Shown one piece after another: positions 53,199 to 64,000 of a stretch of DNA of 64,000 bases; within the stretch, counting starts at the first letter, position 1; every line of letters starts with the position of its first letter. Source of the DNA: Schizochytrium sp. TIO01 (lineage: Eukaryota; Protista; Bigyra: Labyrinthulomycetes); contig SMSO01000031.1 of assembly GCA_004764695.1 (NCBI GenBank), positions 2,270,436-2,334,435 of the forward strand, written 5' to 3'. The notes under the pieces were generated by a model. The model was not told the origin of the DNA. It ran no database searches and was given only the letters and a program-made list of their open reading frames with translations. The position numbers and the translations under genes are program-made.

Positions 53199-54835
53199 GT
53201 TTATATCGTCGAGTTACCGCCTGAACTGCGTCTTTGTAAAGCTGTTCTGTCCGCACAATCGAATAAGTTCTGAGTTGAAAACTTAAAGACTCCGTTCCCC
53301 TTTGGATCTGTTGCGGGGTTTGAATGCCGTCGCCAACCCTCTAAAGGCACCGCAGGCTAATCAGGCGATTGCAAATGGCAGGCTCTGGGCGCGAAGTTTC
53401 TTGTGGTACTAATACTCGTACCACCACCATGCTGTTTCTGATAGTCGCGCTGTCCACTTTTGTCAAAGACAGAAGTGTAAGTAAGTTCCATATCTAGCAG
53501 AAACAATAGGATTGATTTAATCCTTTGGCACTACTAGATCTTGTTCTTTAGAGATATTCGAAGAACCTTAGGCTGAAGAAACTTAACACCTTATTCCTAC
53601 TACGTATACTATGTCTGGTTCTTCCAGCAGGTAGTGCTAACACTGGAGCAGAGTTTATTCTCTAAGTTGATCCAGTAATGAGTATGAAGGCATAGATGAG
53701 ACTATACCTTGTCCCATATTTTTGGAAGCTGAGATCATTTTAAGGAGCAGGTGGTTGAGTTCTACCACCAGCAAAAACCACATCAATTAAAGAAAGACTT
53801 GCAGTTTTACGTGGTTACCGAGGTGATAAGACTCGGTCAAGAAGCTAGCAGTACAAATTATCTTGAGTGCACTGCCAGCTCTAGTCCTTGGAAATTGTGC
53901 AACCTGTGCTACGGCCGGAAATGTGCAACGGATCTATACAGGTATAGATAAGAATTATTTAGTATCTTCGTTACATATTATCTACTCAACTCAGTTTTAA
54001 AATTAGAAATGGTTCGAATGAAGTGATTTCGATTCCGAGGAAGGAGAGCATTAGGTCGTTAGTGCCTTTCCAGCCCTCAAGCTAGGCATACTGAAAAAAA
54101 AAAAGAGAATTCGACAAAGATATATTCACCAACCGCTTTGTAATAAATTATGTAGCTTGAAAACTGGATCAAAAGTTAGTTTGTTTTCAGAATCGGAGGA
54201 TAACCAGGAATGACCCCGCTATCATTCTCACTGAAACTCGCAGTCAAATTGTAAGTGTTGGCAGCAAATTCTAAAAAGGGAAAACTTCTAAACATATGAA
54301 TTATTATAGACTTGTTCCCAACACAGGAGAAAAGAATGTTTGTGACATGTTGTGGCGACATCTCCGTGAGTAATAGCTATACTTCGTGAGGTCCTTGTCG
54401 TTCTATACGCAGATATCTTATTTGAGTAGCTGGGTTAGATATCAGGATCACACTTGGAAAAAGATGTTTGCTGAGGCTTGAGCTCTCCAGATGCCCATTT
54501 AGGCTTGTATTTGTACTTTTAAGTTAAAAGAAGATTGTCCTAAATTAAAGGCCAGGTTAAAGTTAAGTTTGCCACTGCAGTGATCAGTGGTTATAAATTG
54601 AAATATCACAAGATAGAAGCAGAGTCAAAGACGGATGGCTTTCAGCTGTCAGCCATTACTGAGTTTTCGAATAAAATAAAATCTTTCAGACTACACACCA
54701 TTTCCATTTTCGCCGGTGGCCTTGTGTCAACATGTAGGTCCGCAAGGCAAATGCAACGATAACGCCTTCGTAGCGCCATATTGAACAAGAATGATTTCAT
54801 GATATAAAGTAGCAAAGTCTATGAAGAGCTGTGAA

Positions 54836-55771
54836 TCAAGGCTCGGCCAAAATCGTCAATAACATGACACAAAAGCCAGCCAAAAATCCTATTGCGCACG
54901 CTTTAGGCTCATTATACGCACGTGCCTCTGGAATAAGCTCACGAAATGACACCGCAGTCATGATGCCTGCTACAAAACACAATAGATACGAGACCAAGAA
55001 AGGAGACCTACGAAACTGATTCTGGAGCACGGTGAGTGCAATTGATGCACCTAGAGGCTCACTGAGGCCACTGAGCAATGCCATGCCAACTGCATAGCTT
55101 TTGCGACCTGTAGCTGCGTAGATGGGCACTGCAATTGCAAGTCCTTCTGGGATGTTATGCAACGCAATCGCAAGGGTCACGACAAACCCAAGCGAGTCAG
55201 ACTTGATGTTTGCCATGCTCACAGCAAGACCTTCTGGGAAATTATGAGCTGTAAGCGTGACCATCATGATCATCCCTAGTCTCAGCTGCTTGATCTTGGA
55301 GTGTGGCGCTGAGGACCCTGATTCATCTTCCTCTTCATCATCATTCTTGTGTGTCATTCGACGGTACTGCGGCAACATCATCTTCTCAGGCTGTGGCAGC
55401 AATCTAAGAAGTACGTCGAAGATAATTCCGCCACATAAAGCAGTGAGACTTGGATAAAGGAAACCATCCTCGAGTACTAGCGGAATGTACATGTCGAAAA
55501 CTGAGACCGTGAGCATGACGGCGGCTGCGAGCGACATTGAGAATGCCATGTGTCTTGGTTTTGGTTTGCGGTCCATAGCGATTACTGAGAGAGCTCCGAT
55601 TCCAGTGGCAAGACCAGCGATCATGCTCATGCCTAGAGCCGTCCAGAAGTCGCCTTGGGAACTAAATTCAGAGGCCTGCGAAAGGGACCCTGGCTGGCCA
55701 AGGAGGTCATCTTCAAACAAGAGATCCATTGCGCTCGACTCCATGGAAAATGGCCTTGGCACAGGCTCCAT
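54836..55771 (-). CDS. zupT: ZIP-family zinc/divalent metal transporter (ZupT/GufA/ZIP11-like)
   Basis: Multiple TM helices and paired metal-site motifs AHNFPEG and LHNIPEG, plus SGLSEPLGA. First ATG at 55771. Confidence 0.92.
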   Translation of the reverse strand: MEPVPRPFSMESSAMDLLFEDDLLGQPGSLSQASEFSSQGDFWTALGMSMIAGLATGIGALSVIAMDRKPKPRHMAFSMSLAAAVMLTVSVFDMYIPLVLEDGFLYPSLTALCGGIIFDVLLRLLPQPEKMMLPQYRRMTHKNDDEEEDESGSSAPHSKIKQLRLGMIMMVTLTAHNFPEGLAVSMANIKSDSLGFVVTLAIALHNIPEGLAIAVPIYAATGRKSYAVGMALLSGLSEPLGASIALTVLQNQFRRSPFLVSYLLCFVAGIMTAVSFRELIPEARAYNEPKACAIGFLAGFCVMLLTILAEP

Positions 55772-56936
55772 GCTCAACGCGGGTGGTTCCTTAGTGACGA
55801 GCCGTGCGTTTCGCAGCGGCAAATGCTGGTGAGGTGGATTCTCAACAATGACTTTGTTTACTCGCTCCTCCAGAGCTAGCTAACTAGCTAGCTTGGGTTT
55901 GCCTTGGGTTTGTTTTGTCTCGCCTCAAGATGTTTTTCTCAATAACCTAACTTGTGAAAGTCTTTAGATAAGTATGGCAGATAGATCAACTCTCGACCAT
56001 GGAGTATATACAACCTCCAATTATGCAACAGCGAGACAAAGAGTCGCGGGTACTCAAAGTATCGTGTGCTGGTGTTTATAGTAAATTAAAGAGCTAAGTT
56101 TGAAGTTCTGCTCGGCCCAATTCAAGTAGGATATATAAGATTATCCATTCACTCTTATCGAAAAAAGGGTCAATCATTAACTAAATCGAATCAAATTGAT
56201 GAGAACCAAAATTCATCAGCACGAAGCAAGCTCAGTGGGCAACAATAAGAATATACAATGATGTGCTTCTTTTGTGTAGTGAACACTTGACGTTTTAAAT
56301 TGACAATGAAATCAGAGCTCAAAGCTTGAAATTGGGTGGTGAGCTAAAACCACGAAAGCCCGAGAAGCACTTACTTGCACACTGACTCTACTAGAAAGAC
56401 TCTAGGTAGGTAGTTAGGTAAATGTTATGTAAATTTCATTTTCATCAATTGCGACTCTCATCATTAATATTACAAATAGTGCGTTTCTTTACGGACTATC
56501 AGACTATGTGAGAGGCAAGATACATACTAAACCCGACCACAAGCAAGATGGCTCGTCCATGTATCAATAGATTAATTTATAAACTTTGAGATGTTTTATG
56601 CTTGCTTGACTATTTATTACACATGTTTCCTTCTTTATCCATCACATTAGCTAGGGGTTGACTAGCTGGAGATAGAAGAGTTCTCATCAGCGCCGACCAT
56701 ACGATTGAAAGAAGGAAGAAGTGCAAAATAATGAGACAAAAACGTAGCCATTGTTAGTAAAGTTTGGTCACTTCAAATTTGTATATATTGTTTAGAAGAC
56801 CTACTACGTTCATAGATTGTACTCGACGCTTTGCAGACTTTAATTACCAATATAAAATGATGAAATAGCCTCTTCATATCTGCGAATAGCATTTAGAGAT
56901 TCCTGGGGTCATGTAGTAGGCTATGTCTCTACCTAC

Positions 56937-59003
56937 TCACCGAGATTGCGGCAAAGGAGGTGGGGCACGCATGTGAAGAACCATGGAGCTTTTAGAAGTA
57001 GACGTAGTTTTATGAAGTGCAGAAGACTCTGTTGCTGGCTTGTCGTGCTGAGCGACATCATAACTAGACACTGCAACATGGCGTTTAGCTTCAAGGGAGA
57101 GGAGACGATCAAATTGATCAAAGCGAATGTTTTGGCATGAAGGCGCAATCCCAGCACGATGAAGCGTTTCGTCGAATTCTGCCCGATCAAGTTGCGTATG
57201 TTCAGCTTGACACAAACAGTCATACAAGTCGCTCGACGAAAGTGTTTGGCCTTGCTTCATTCCAAGATATGCCTTATTGACACTCTTGCGGCGCGTTTTA
57301 ATGAGCTGGAGTGCTCTGTGCGTCATCGAAGCACTATGCGAAGACGCTGACATCATAGCTGTCTTGTGCATCTTGACTTGGGCCTGAGCTCGTTTATTCC
57401 TGGGCAGCTGCATGCCATCTAGGGATTCTCGCCCTTGATTTCCAGCTGCGGCTATGTTTTGTACTACAAGTTCACCCGCTGAGAAGTCTTTTGTTGACAT
57501 TTGCTTTGCGAATTGTGCAAATGCGGTCGACTTACATGGAGAAACAATATGACGCAACTCAGCAACTTCATCACCGCTAACGTCAAGCCCAAGACGTTTC
57601 AGCAGATTTGATGTTGCGCTGGCTACAGATCCACTATGTAGCTCCCGATCTAGTTGTAAATAAATGTTATACATAGTGGAACCCTTACTCTTTCGAGAGG
57701 CAACCCACTGTTCCAGCTTTTTATACGCACGACTCGCTGTAATAGGATCTAATCCTGAGGTCATGGATAGCGAAAGATTTGTTTTAATTGATGAAGAAGA
57801 GTGTTCATGCTCCGCAAATTTTGTTTCATCATCCCACAGACGGGTTGATAATGCGTGCTGAGGCGTACCCAGTAGTACTCTCGTAAATGCCTTCTCATCG
57901 AGCTGGTTGTTCTTTGTTTGCTTGACTAGCTCGGCAAATAAGTCAGCTCGATCGGAGGAAGACAGCAGGATTTGTAAACCGTCTTCAATATGCGCAATTA
58001 CTGACGTTGGTGTAACGCGACCATCTTGCCCACTGCACGCGCTGAATGCTTGGCGTGCATTGTGGCGTGATGCCCTAAGAACAGTAGACCCAATTCTACG
58101 TTGCAGCCCAAGAGTTCTCCGTTGGGCAATGTTTACTTGATGCAAACTTGTATCAGGTAATGTCGCATATGCAGTCTTTGTCAGATCGCTAACAAAGTCT
58201 TCGTAATTAACTTTGCCATCCCATGTTTTCTGTGTTTGGTAAACTTCAACAAGCCGGTGAACATCATCATTGAGTAGCTGAATACCTCCAACTTCATTTA
58301 AGGCAGCTCGAAGATCATCCAGGTGAATAGATCCTGTATTTTTAGGATCTTTCCCCTTGAAGTAATCATGTAACTTGCTCATATCCCCACCCAGCTGATC
58401 AAAAAGTTTGTTGCTTACATTATGCATCAATTTTGTCTCTTTCATGCATTGTTCATACTGAAAAGGTTCAGTTTTTTGTTTTTGGTGCAATAAGTCGCAA
58501 GCCCCTCTTCCCGAGAAGGTCTGTTTTTGAGAATTGACATTTCCACGTTTTCGGGGCGACTTTGGTATCAAGAAAGCCTCAACAGGAGATGGCAAATCAA
58601 CATCTGCTTGTAAGAGTCCTCGGATTGGAGCAGAGTCATTGTAAGAGCAAATTCGTGGGCGTTGCCCTAATTTATCAATTTCAAATGATTGCTCTTGGGA
58701 TAGTGCTGTATCTTCGTGACTTTCGATTAATATACCAGAAACAGCAGAGGATAAATTCTTGTAATTGTTCATCCTTGCACGTGTAGCAGTAAATCTTTTT
58801 TGCTCTTGCTTGGGTCTATCGGACAGTGCTGGTGGAGTTTCTGACCGCTTTTTCAATTCTACAATAGACTTGAGAACATTTTCGCCGGCTAGTTGACTCA
58901 AGCGCTCTACTTGAGCTGCACTAAGGTTCAGTCCAAGAGCTCCAAGGCCTTGTGTAAGCCCCTGGATTGAGACTGCACGCTCTACATCTCCTTGGCTAGC
59001 CAT
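56937..59003 (-). CDS. Multi-EF-hand-like protein (mostly degenerate EF hands)
   Basis: 688-aa ORF with EF-loop-like segments DPKNTGSIHLDDL, DGKVNYEDF, DGRVTPTSV, NNQLDEKAF, QNIRFDQF in helix-loop-helix spacing. Confidence 0.8.
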   Translation of the reverse strand: MASQGDVERAVSIQGLTQGLGALGLNLSAAQVERLSQLAGENVLKSIVELKKRSETPPALSDRPKQEQKRFTATRARMNNYKNLSSAVSGILIESHEDTALSQEQSFEIDKLGQRPRICSYNDSAPIRGLLQADVDLPSPVEAFLIPKSPRKRGNVNSQKQTFSGRGACDLLHQKQKTEPFQYEQCMKETKLMHNVSNKLFDQLGGDMSKLHDYFKGKDPKNTGSIHLDDLRAALNEVGGIQLLNDDVHRLVEVYQTQKTWDGKVNYEDFVSDLTKTAYATLPDTSLHQVNIAQRRTLGLQRRIGSTVLRASRHNARQAFSACSGQDGRVTPTSVIAHIEDGLQILLSSSDRADLFAELVKQTKNNQLDEKAFTRVLLGTPQHALSTRLWDDETKFAEHEHSSSSIKTNLSLSMTSGLDPITASRAYKKLEQWVASRKSKGSTMYNIYLQLDRELHSGSVASATSNLLKRLGLDVSGDEVAELRHIVSPCKSTAFAQFAKQMSTKDFSAGELVVQNIAAAGNQGRESLDGMQLPRNKRAQAQVKMHKTAMMSASSHSASMTHRALQLIKTRRKSVNKAYLGMKQGQTLSSSDLYDCLCQAEHTQLDRAEFDETLHRAGIAPSCQNIRFDQFDRLLSLEAKRHVAVSSYDVAQHDKPATESSALHKTTSTSKSSMVLHMRAPPPLPQSR

Positions 59004-59204
59004 GGTTGGATTTATCTTCAGGGTAGTTCGCTACCTTTGAAGTATGCTACCTCGCGAAAAGCCAAAATTGTCATAGACACACAATTTCCCGGGTTCTCAT
59101 CACAGAACTGATTGCTTATTGATTCCTGCCCTACTTTCTAATATATCCGTTGTGGTCCTCTTTTCCAAAACAGCGTGCTTATCCTTTTCCCGGTTTCCTA
59201 ATTG

Positions 59205-59500
59205 ATTCTTAACCACAACGCGTTTGTAAAGAACGAAAAGATTAAGATTCCGACTGACTGGGACCTCACGACGTTTCTGGAGAGTTATCGCACGAACATC
59301 AATACACCATTTTGCATGGATCAATCAACTGGGATGCCTTTCATATGGTAGTTTCTTGTGATACAAACCCTCGTGTCTACCTTGCCGACTATGGAAACGC
59401 CTATGTTGTTAATAAGATGACACAGGACGCAATGGCTCTCTTCCGTGACGAGCGGGAGGAGCTTGAAACGATGATCAATGAGATGGTCAATCCATATTAA
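59205..59500 (+). pseudogene. Frameshifted gene fragment (3' part of an unknown gene)
   Basis: One frame reads ILNHNAFVKNEKIKIPTDWDLTTFLESYRTNINTPFCMDQSTGMPFIW. It appears to continue after a shift near 59350 as VSCDTNPRVYLADYGNAYVVNKMTQDAMALFRDEREELETMINEMVNPY*. Confidence 0.4.
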
Positions 59501-59669
59501 TTAAAATTCTAAATGATGATTCTTTTTTTCAAAAAAAGATAATAATATACATGTAAATCCCGAACTTTGGTAAAAAAATAAAACAGAAAGAAAACAAAAC
59601 CTTAACTCAGCGTCGCCGAGAAATAGTCTACGCACCTAAGCCATCCCTAGCTAGTTCCAACCTTCGAAA

Positions 59670-60925
59670 ATGATGCAAGCTAGCAACAACGGCCAACTTC
59701 CTATTGTAGATGTGCCAACTATGAGCACAATCACGAAATTAGAAGAATTTATTGGGAAAAAAACATGCAATGAGGAAGTAGAAATAGAAGAAAGCAAACT
59801 CAGCGAAATAGAGGTCGAGCTCTACCTCAATCGATTTCTTTGCGCATTCGGACATATAGGGTATGAAGGTAGCTTTCTATAGAGACTAGTATGGCGCGCC
59901 TACTTAACCAATCATATTGAACCCTGTGAATGGCCACTCTATGATTTTTCTATACACAAAAGATTACACAAGACTTTGTGGCGGGTGAAATTGAACTCTT
60001 TTACAGTGGCGCGAACAATCGTTCATGGCCGAAAACACTCAAACGACTTTATTATGCTCTCTATGACGCTATTAGACTTTGCCACTTTGATACACTCTTG
60101 GATATGCAAAAAAATAAGTGGGCAGCGTATGACAAACCACCACACATTATAAACAAATATAACATCATTCAGAAGGATTTCAATGATGGTCGTATCAAAA
60201 ATCAGCTCAAAGCAACACTCCCAGGGTTACTTGCTCGAATGATTCTGGTTAATGGAGTTGCTAGAACATGTATGCATTGCCCAATATTACACAACGAGAA
60301 AAAGGCACCTTATTATTGCGAGTTGAAATCGGCAGAGGAAATCAATATAGAGAGGCTCTACTCCCCATCATATTATTTTAAACATTGGTATTTCGATCTA
60401 AACGAACACTATAAAAAAAAAAAAAGAAACTTAACAGGAATAATTGCGATAGAATGGCATCGATTCATAGCGCGGAGAGTATTACTAGAGACACAGGAGA
60501 TGCCTTTAATACTTATCTATCGATGTACTATATTGGTGGTACATACTTTTGCCCTTATGAACTTTACAAGAGGAGGAATCTTTTTAATACTATTTTGACG
60601 AATACTATCCATAAAGATTCCTTTGGAAAATATTCAATCAACTCGATGGTCCTCAATGGAATTGACCCAGTTTATAATCAATCATTCTTGGAGCTAATGA
60701 AGTTAGTCTCCGGGGGTTGGGAAAAATGCGAAATCAACTTCGATGAACAATTAATGCAAAGTGTTTTAAGCTTTACACACAAAGACACAAAATCAATGAC
60801 GCAAAAGGTCCACGAAGAAGCTTCAATGTGCTGAACAGCTCATTTGCTATGTGTAAAGTAGATGATGGGGCTTTTATGGTGTACCTTGATGAAGCAGTCA
60901 GTGAAATAGGACAAGTTTTTTCCCA
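59670..60925 (+). pseudogene. Disrupted ~420-codon AT-rich intronless gene of unknown, possibly viral, origin
   Basis: Three co-directional ORFs (59670, 59978, 60454) join into one protein-like reading via one in-frame TAG (59880-59882), a shift at the T5 run (59945-59949), a shift at the A13 run (60413-60425) and probably another near 60820. Confidence 0.6.
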
Positions 60926-61381
60926 TTTTTTTTTTTTTCTATACAATAATATATTTATATATATTTTTCTCTCAAGATGACATTATTTGAAGTTCATGCT
61001 AACTTATTTGGAGTCCCACAGATAAAGAGGTTAACGCATATGCAACTTCCATTTTCTTCTCGTTGTCGAATCTAGCGCACACCTGGCTTCAATGTTTTAG
61101 GATACAAGAAGACAATCTTTTGGTTGAGACAAAGAAAGACAATTTACTATTTATGGTGTCATCATGAGATATGAATTCAATCAGCCGAAACCACAACCCT
61201 GTGCTGGTGTGAACCGCTTACGAAGTCGTGCAAGTGGCAGTGAAGGGAAGAGGTCTAAATCACGAGACTTGAGTTTCGTGAACACCCATCTTCAGTCAAG
61301 ATGTTTGCGCCGCACCACGTGAGATGACAACGCACGCGCTGCTGCCATTTTGGCATCAAATGTACATCGGGACAGCGCAAT

Positions 61382-61720
61382 TTACTTCTTGTTCTTCTTG
61401 TTGGTGCCCTTGGCAGGCTCAGCGGCCTTGGCAGCCTCCTTCTTGCCGGGCTTGACGGAGACGGGGCCCTTCTTGTCCTTGGCATCCTTGACGGGGGCAG
61501 GGATAGCGGCGGCAGCCTTGGCAGCCTTCTCCTTACGGTCCTTGGAGGAGCCACCAGCGCCACCAGCAGCGGGCTTCTTGGCAGCGGCGGCAGCCTTGGG
61601 CTTGCCGGACTCGTTCTTGACCTTGGCCTCGCTGGCGAGCACGGCGTCGAGCTCAGGGGTTGCAATGGGGATGCGCTTGCGCATCGCGGAGGAGGCAGGG
61701 AGAACCATGGGGGTAGACAT
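61382..61720 (-). CDS. Small basic Lys/Ala-rich protein (112 aa), likely highly expressed
   Basis: ATG-TAA ORF with extreme codon bias (AAG, GCC/GCT, GGC); 24 Lys and 27 Ala; A-rich start context (AAAATG). Confidence 0.85.
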   Translation of the reverse strand: MSTPMVLPASSAMRKRIPIATPELDAVLASEAKVKNESGKPKAAAAAKKPAAGGAGGSSKDRKEKAAKAAAAIPAPVKDAKDKKGPVSVKPGKKEAAKAAEPAKGTNKKNKK

Positions 61721-61764
61721 TTTCCTTAGAATTGTTGCTTGAAGACTTGCTCGTAAGCTTGTTG

Positions 61765-61801
61765 GCTTGTTTGCTTGTTTGCTTGTTTGCTTGTTTGCTT
61801 G
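61765..61801. repeat. (GCTTGTTT)n octamer repeat in the 5' leader of the Lys/Ala-rich gene
   Basis: About 4.6 tandem copies. Confidence 0.9.
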
Positions 61802-62869
61802 AGGTTTTGCTCGAGCTCTTGAGTTGCTGGTTTGCTTTGCTCTGGTCGCCGGCGCTGCGACAATTTATCGAGTCAACATGGCAGCCCTCATCTTTGTATT
61901 GACGAGGTCATTTTGTTTTGCAGAACTTAAGTCCAATTTTCACATCAGGGTCTTCAGATCCTGCAGCACATTCTCTTGTTTTCATGTATTAATTCTTCGC
62001 GAGCATGGCTTACGACGGATTGCCTCTCCAGGATTAGGCCTTCCTTAGATCTGCACTACTGTCGCTCATATATATATATATATATTCATGCTGGTGTTAT
62101 TTTTCTCCATTTCGATCAGCACAACTCCTCTGAGAGAGAGAGTAATTTTGACAAGAGTTCAAGCCATATCGAACCTCATCAATTTTAAAATCAATCAAGC
62201 AAGGAGTTCGTCTTAGAAATCCTGTTTGTTAAGCGTTCCAGCGAAACTCGAATTCCATACACGGTCATTACGCTGACCAGGGGAACCCGCTCCTCGGCTC
62301 TCCCTTACGAGAAAGAAGAAGCGGCAGTGGCACCTTTCGCCGCCAAGATCTGCCACACCCTGTGCATCAATGATTGAAAGGATGAGTTCTATAAACGAAG
62401 GAATTAATGAATTCTAACGGGACGCACGTATCTCTGTGCCACGGTTTGCAAGAGTCCCTGAGAGCCGCACGTGCACCTCGAAACTTTGTCACCAAGATTT
62501 CGCGCCGCCTCTCTTTGCGGCCTGTTTTCTTTCGAGTTAGTTCTCTTGCGCGCCTGCTCTATGTACCTACCTACCTACCTGGCCGATCGCTTCCTGTGTC
62601 TGATTTCGTTAGGAGCTTACAAGTCCAACTCGTCGTCCAGTTTCTCTGTCACGTGAGTGAGGCCATTCATTGCCTTCGGCCGCCAGTTCCTTCGGCTCGA
62701 GTTCAACTCATAATTCTTTTCTTGAGCAGCTCGTCGTAACAGGATTCTTTCATAACCCGGTGTCACATCTATTTTTCAATTATTAAAAACTATTTATCCT
62801 AAAACAAAAATTACAGTTTTATTATTACTACTGTTATCATTATTATACTACAAAAACATAATATATATA

Positions 62870-62870
<1 letters not shown>

Positions 62871-62908
<38 letters not shown>
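62871..62908. repeat. (AAAG)n microsatellite
   Basis: Direct reading. Confidence 0.95.
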
Positions 62909-62909
<1 letters not shown>

Positions 62910-63731
62910 GCATCGCATTTTTTCAACATTGGCTCTCATATTAATTAGCTTGCTGGGAAATGCAATCTCCCGCTGGAATTGAGCGCCTCCCTTTGCGAGA
63001 TGGGTCCTACGCTTCGCTGACTCGCTCGTCGGTTCCCTCGAACAAGCCTCGGCCAGCCTGCAGGCAGGCACATGTCCTCTGCTCACCTCCTCACTCCCAA
63101 ACTCGCGCGTAGAGGAAAGGGCGCGATCTTCCGAAGCGGCAGCCAACTCAACTTCTTCAAGAGTTTTCCTCCCAATCGAAGAGAAGATTGAGTGACTGAC
63201 TGAGCGAGTCATCGAAACGCGCGTTTAGCGGCCAGGCTCCGGCTGCTCTGCCTTCGAGCTCAAGCAAGCTAGCAAGCAAGCAAGCTAGCAAGACGCGGCA
63301 CGACGCGGCGCGGGTTTCACGCGTGGGCGACTCTGCCGAGGCAGCCAGGACCAGAGCAGACCTTTCGGCGGCTTCTTTCGGGGCGCCTGATTGGCTGGCG
63401 AGGAGCAAGGATGCCCAAGCTGCCAAGGATAGGACAACTTGGAGTTCTTGGCACGTTTTCGAGGTCTGACTTTCTTACAAAAGGCCGAAGAAAGTACTGG
63501 TTTCGTCCATTTGGAGTGCAAAGCTAACTCTTGTTATTTTTAGCGCACTCACTCACTCACTCAGTCAGTCAGTCAGTCTGGCAGAAATCTTCTTGGACTG
63601 GACCTCGAGGCTCGCTCGATGCCAGGCCGTGGAGTGACGAGAGGGGCAATCCGAACGCTCTCCTTCCAGGCGCACGAAAGATCCGCTGCTGTCTGTCTAG
63701 GTTTAGGACTCGGGTCAGCTTGATCTTGACA

Positions 63732-63894
63732 GAAGGGTGCACCCTTCGGTGCTGACGTCATTTGGTCGTATTGCATTGCATTGCATTGCATTGCATTGCA
63801 TTGCATTGCATTACATTACATTACATTACATTGCATTGCATTGTATTGTATTGCATTGGATTGGATTGGATTGGATTGCAACTCGTGACGTCAC
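63732..63894. promoter_or_regulatory. Candidate regulatory module: 16-bp palindrome plus two CRE (TGACGTCA) sites flanking the pentamer array
   Basis: GAAGGGTGCACCCTTC at 63732-63747, TGACGTCA at 63753-63760, GTGACGTCAC at 63885-63894, and ATTGG (CCAAT-box) units inside the array. Confidence 0.4.
63770..63880. repeat. Variant pentamer array (ATTGC/ATTAC/ATTGT/ATTGG)n
   Basis: About 22 in-register ATTNN units with blocks of variants. Confidence 0.95.
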
Positions 63895-64000
63895 AAGACT
63901 CTGGCCCTGGAAAGAAAGGTTTCTCGCGCTGCCTTGGGGTCAACGAGAGCTTCCTAAGCACAGGAGCGTTGGAGGCCAACTGCTGCGGCCATGCGTCTGT

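Overview
Eukaryotic, intron-poor genomic DNA. The simple-repeat-rich intergenic DNA and gene style suggest a stramenopile protist, probably a thraustochytrid/labyrinthulomycete; this is inference, not a database result. There are two gene-dense blocks. Block 1 (1.5-23.7 kb) holds an FHA protein, a membrane-anchored UDP-glycosyltransferase, a ~1900-aa SNF2-like helicase fused to an AlkA/HhH-GPD DNA glycosylase, a LIMK/TESK-like kinase, a coiled-coil/polyQ protein and a Myb/SANT-like low-complexity protein. Block 2 (48-61.7 kb) holds a ZRANB3-like annealing helicase/HNH nuclease with an N-terminal PARP-type zinc finger, a PKA regulatory subunit, a ZIP zinc transporter, an EF-hand protein and a small Lys/Ala-rich protein. 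A ~24 kb stretch with no convincing CDS separates the blocks. Main points of interest: (1) the helicase-glycosylase fusion, whose 3' end overlaps the UGT; (2) the zf-PARP-ZRANB3 domain swap; (3) an AT-rich, intronless, frameshifted two-gene cassette at 59.2-60.9 kb that looks foreign, possibly viral; (4) structured repeats and motifs in the non-coding DNA. No rRNA, intact tRNA, CRISPR array or autonomous transposon was recognised.
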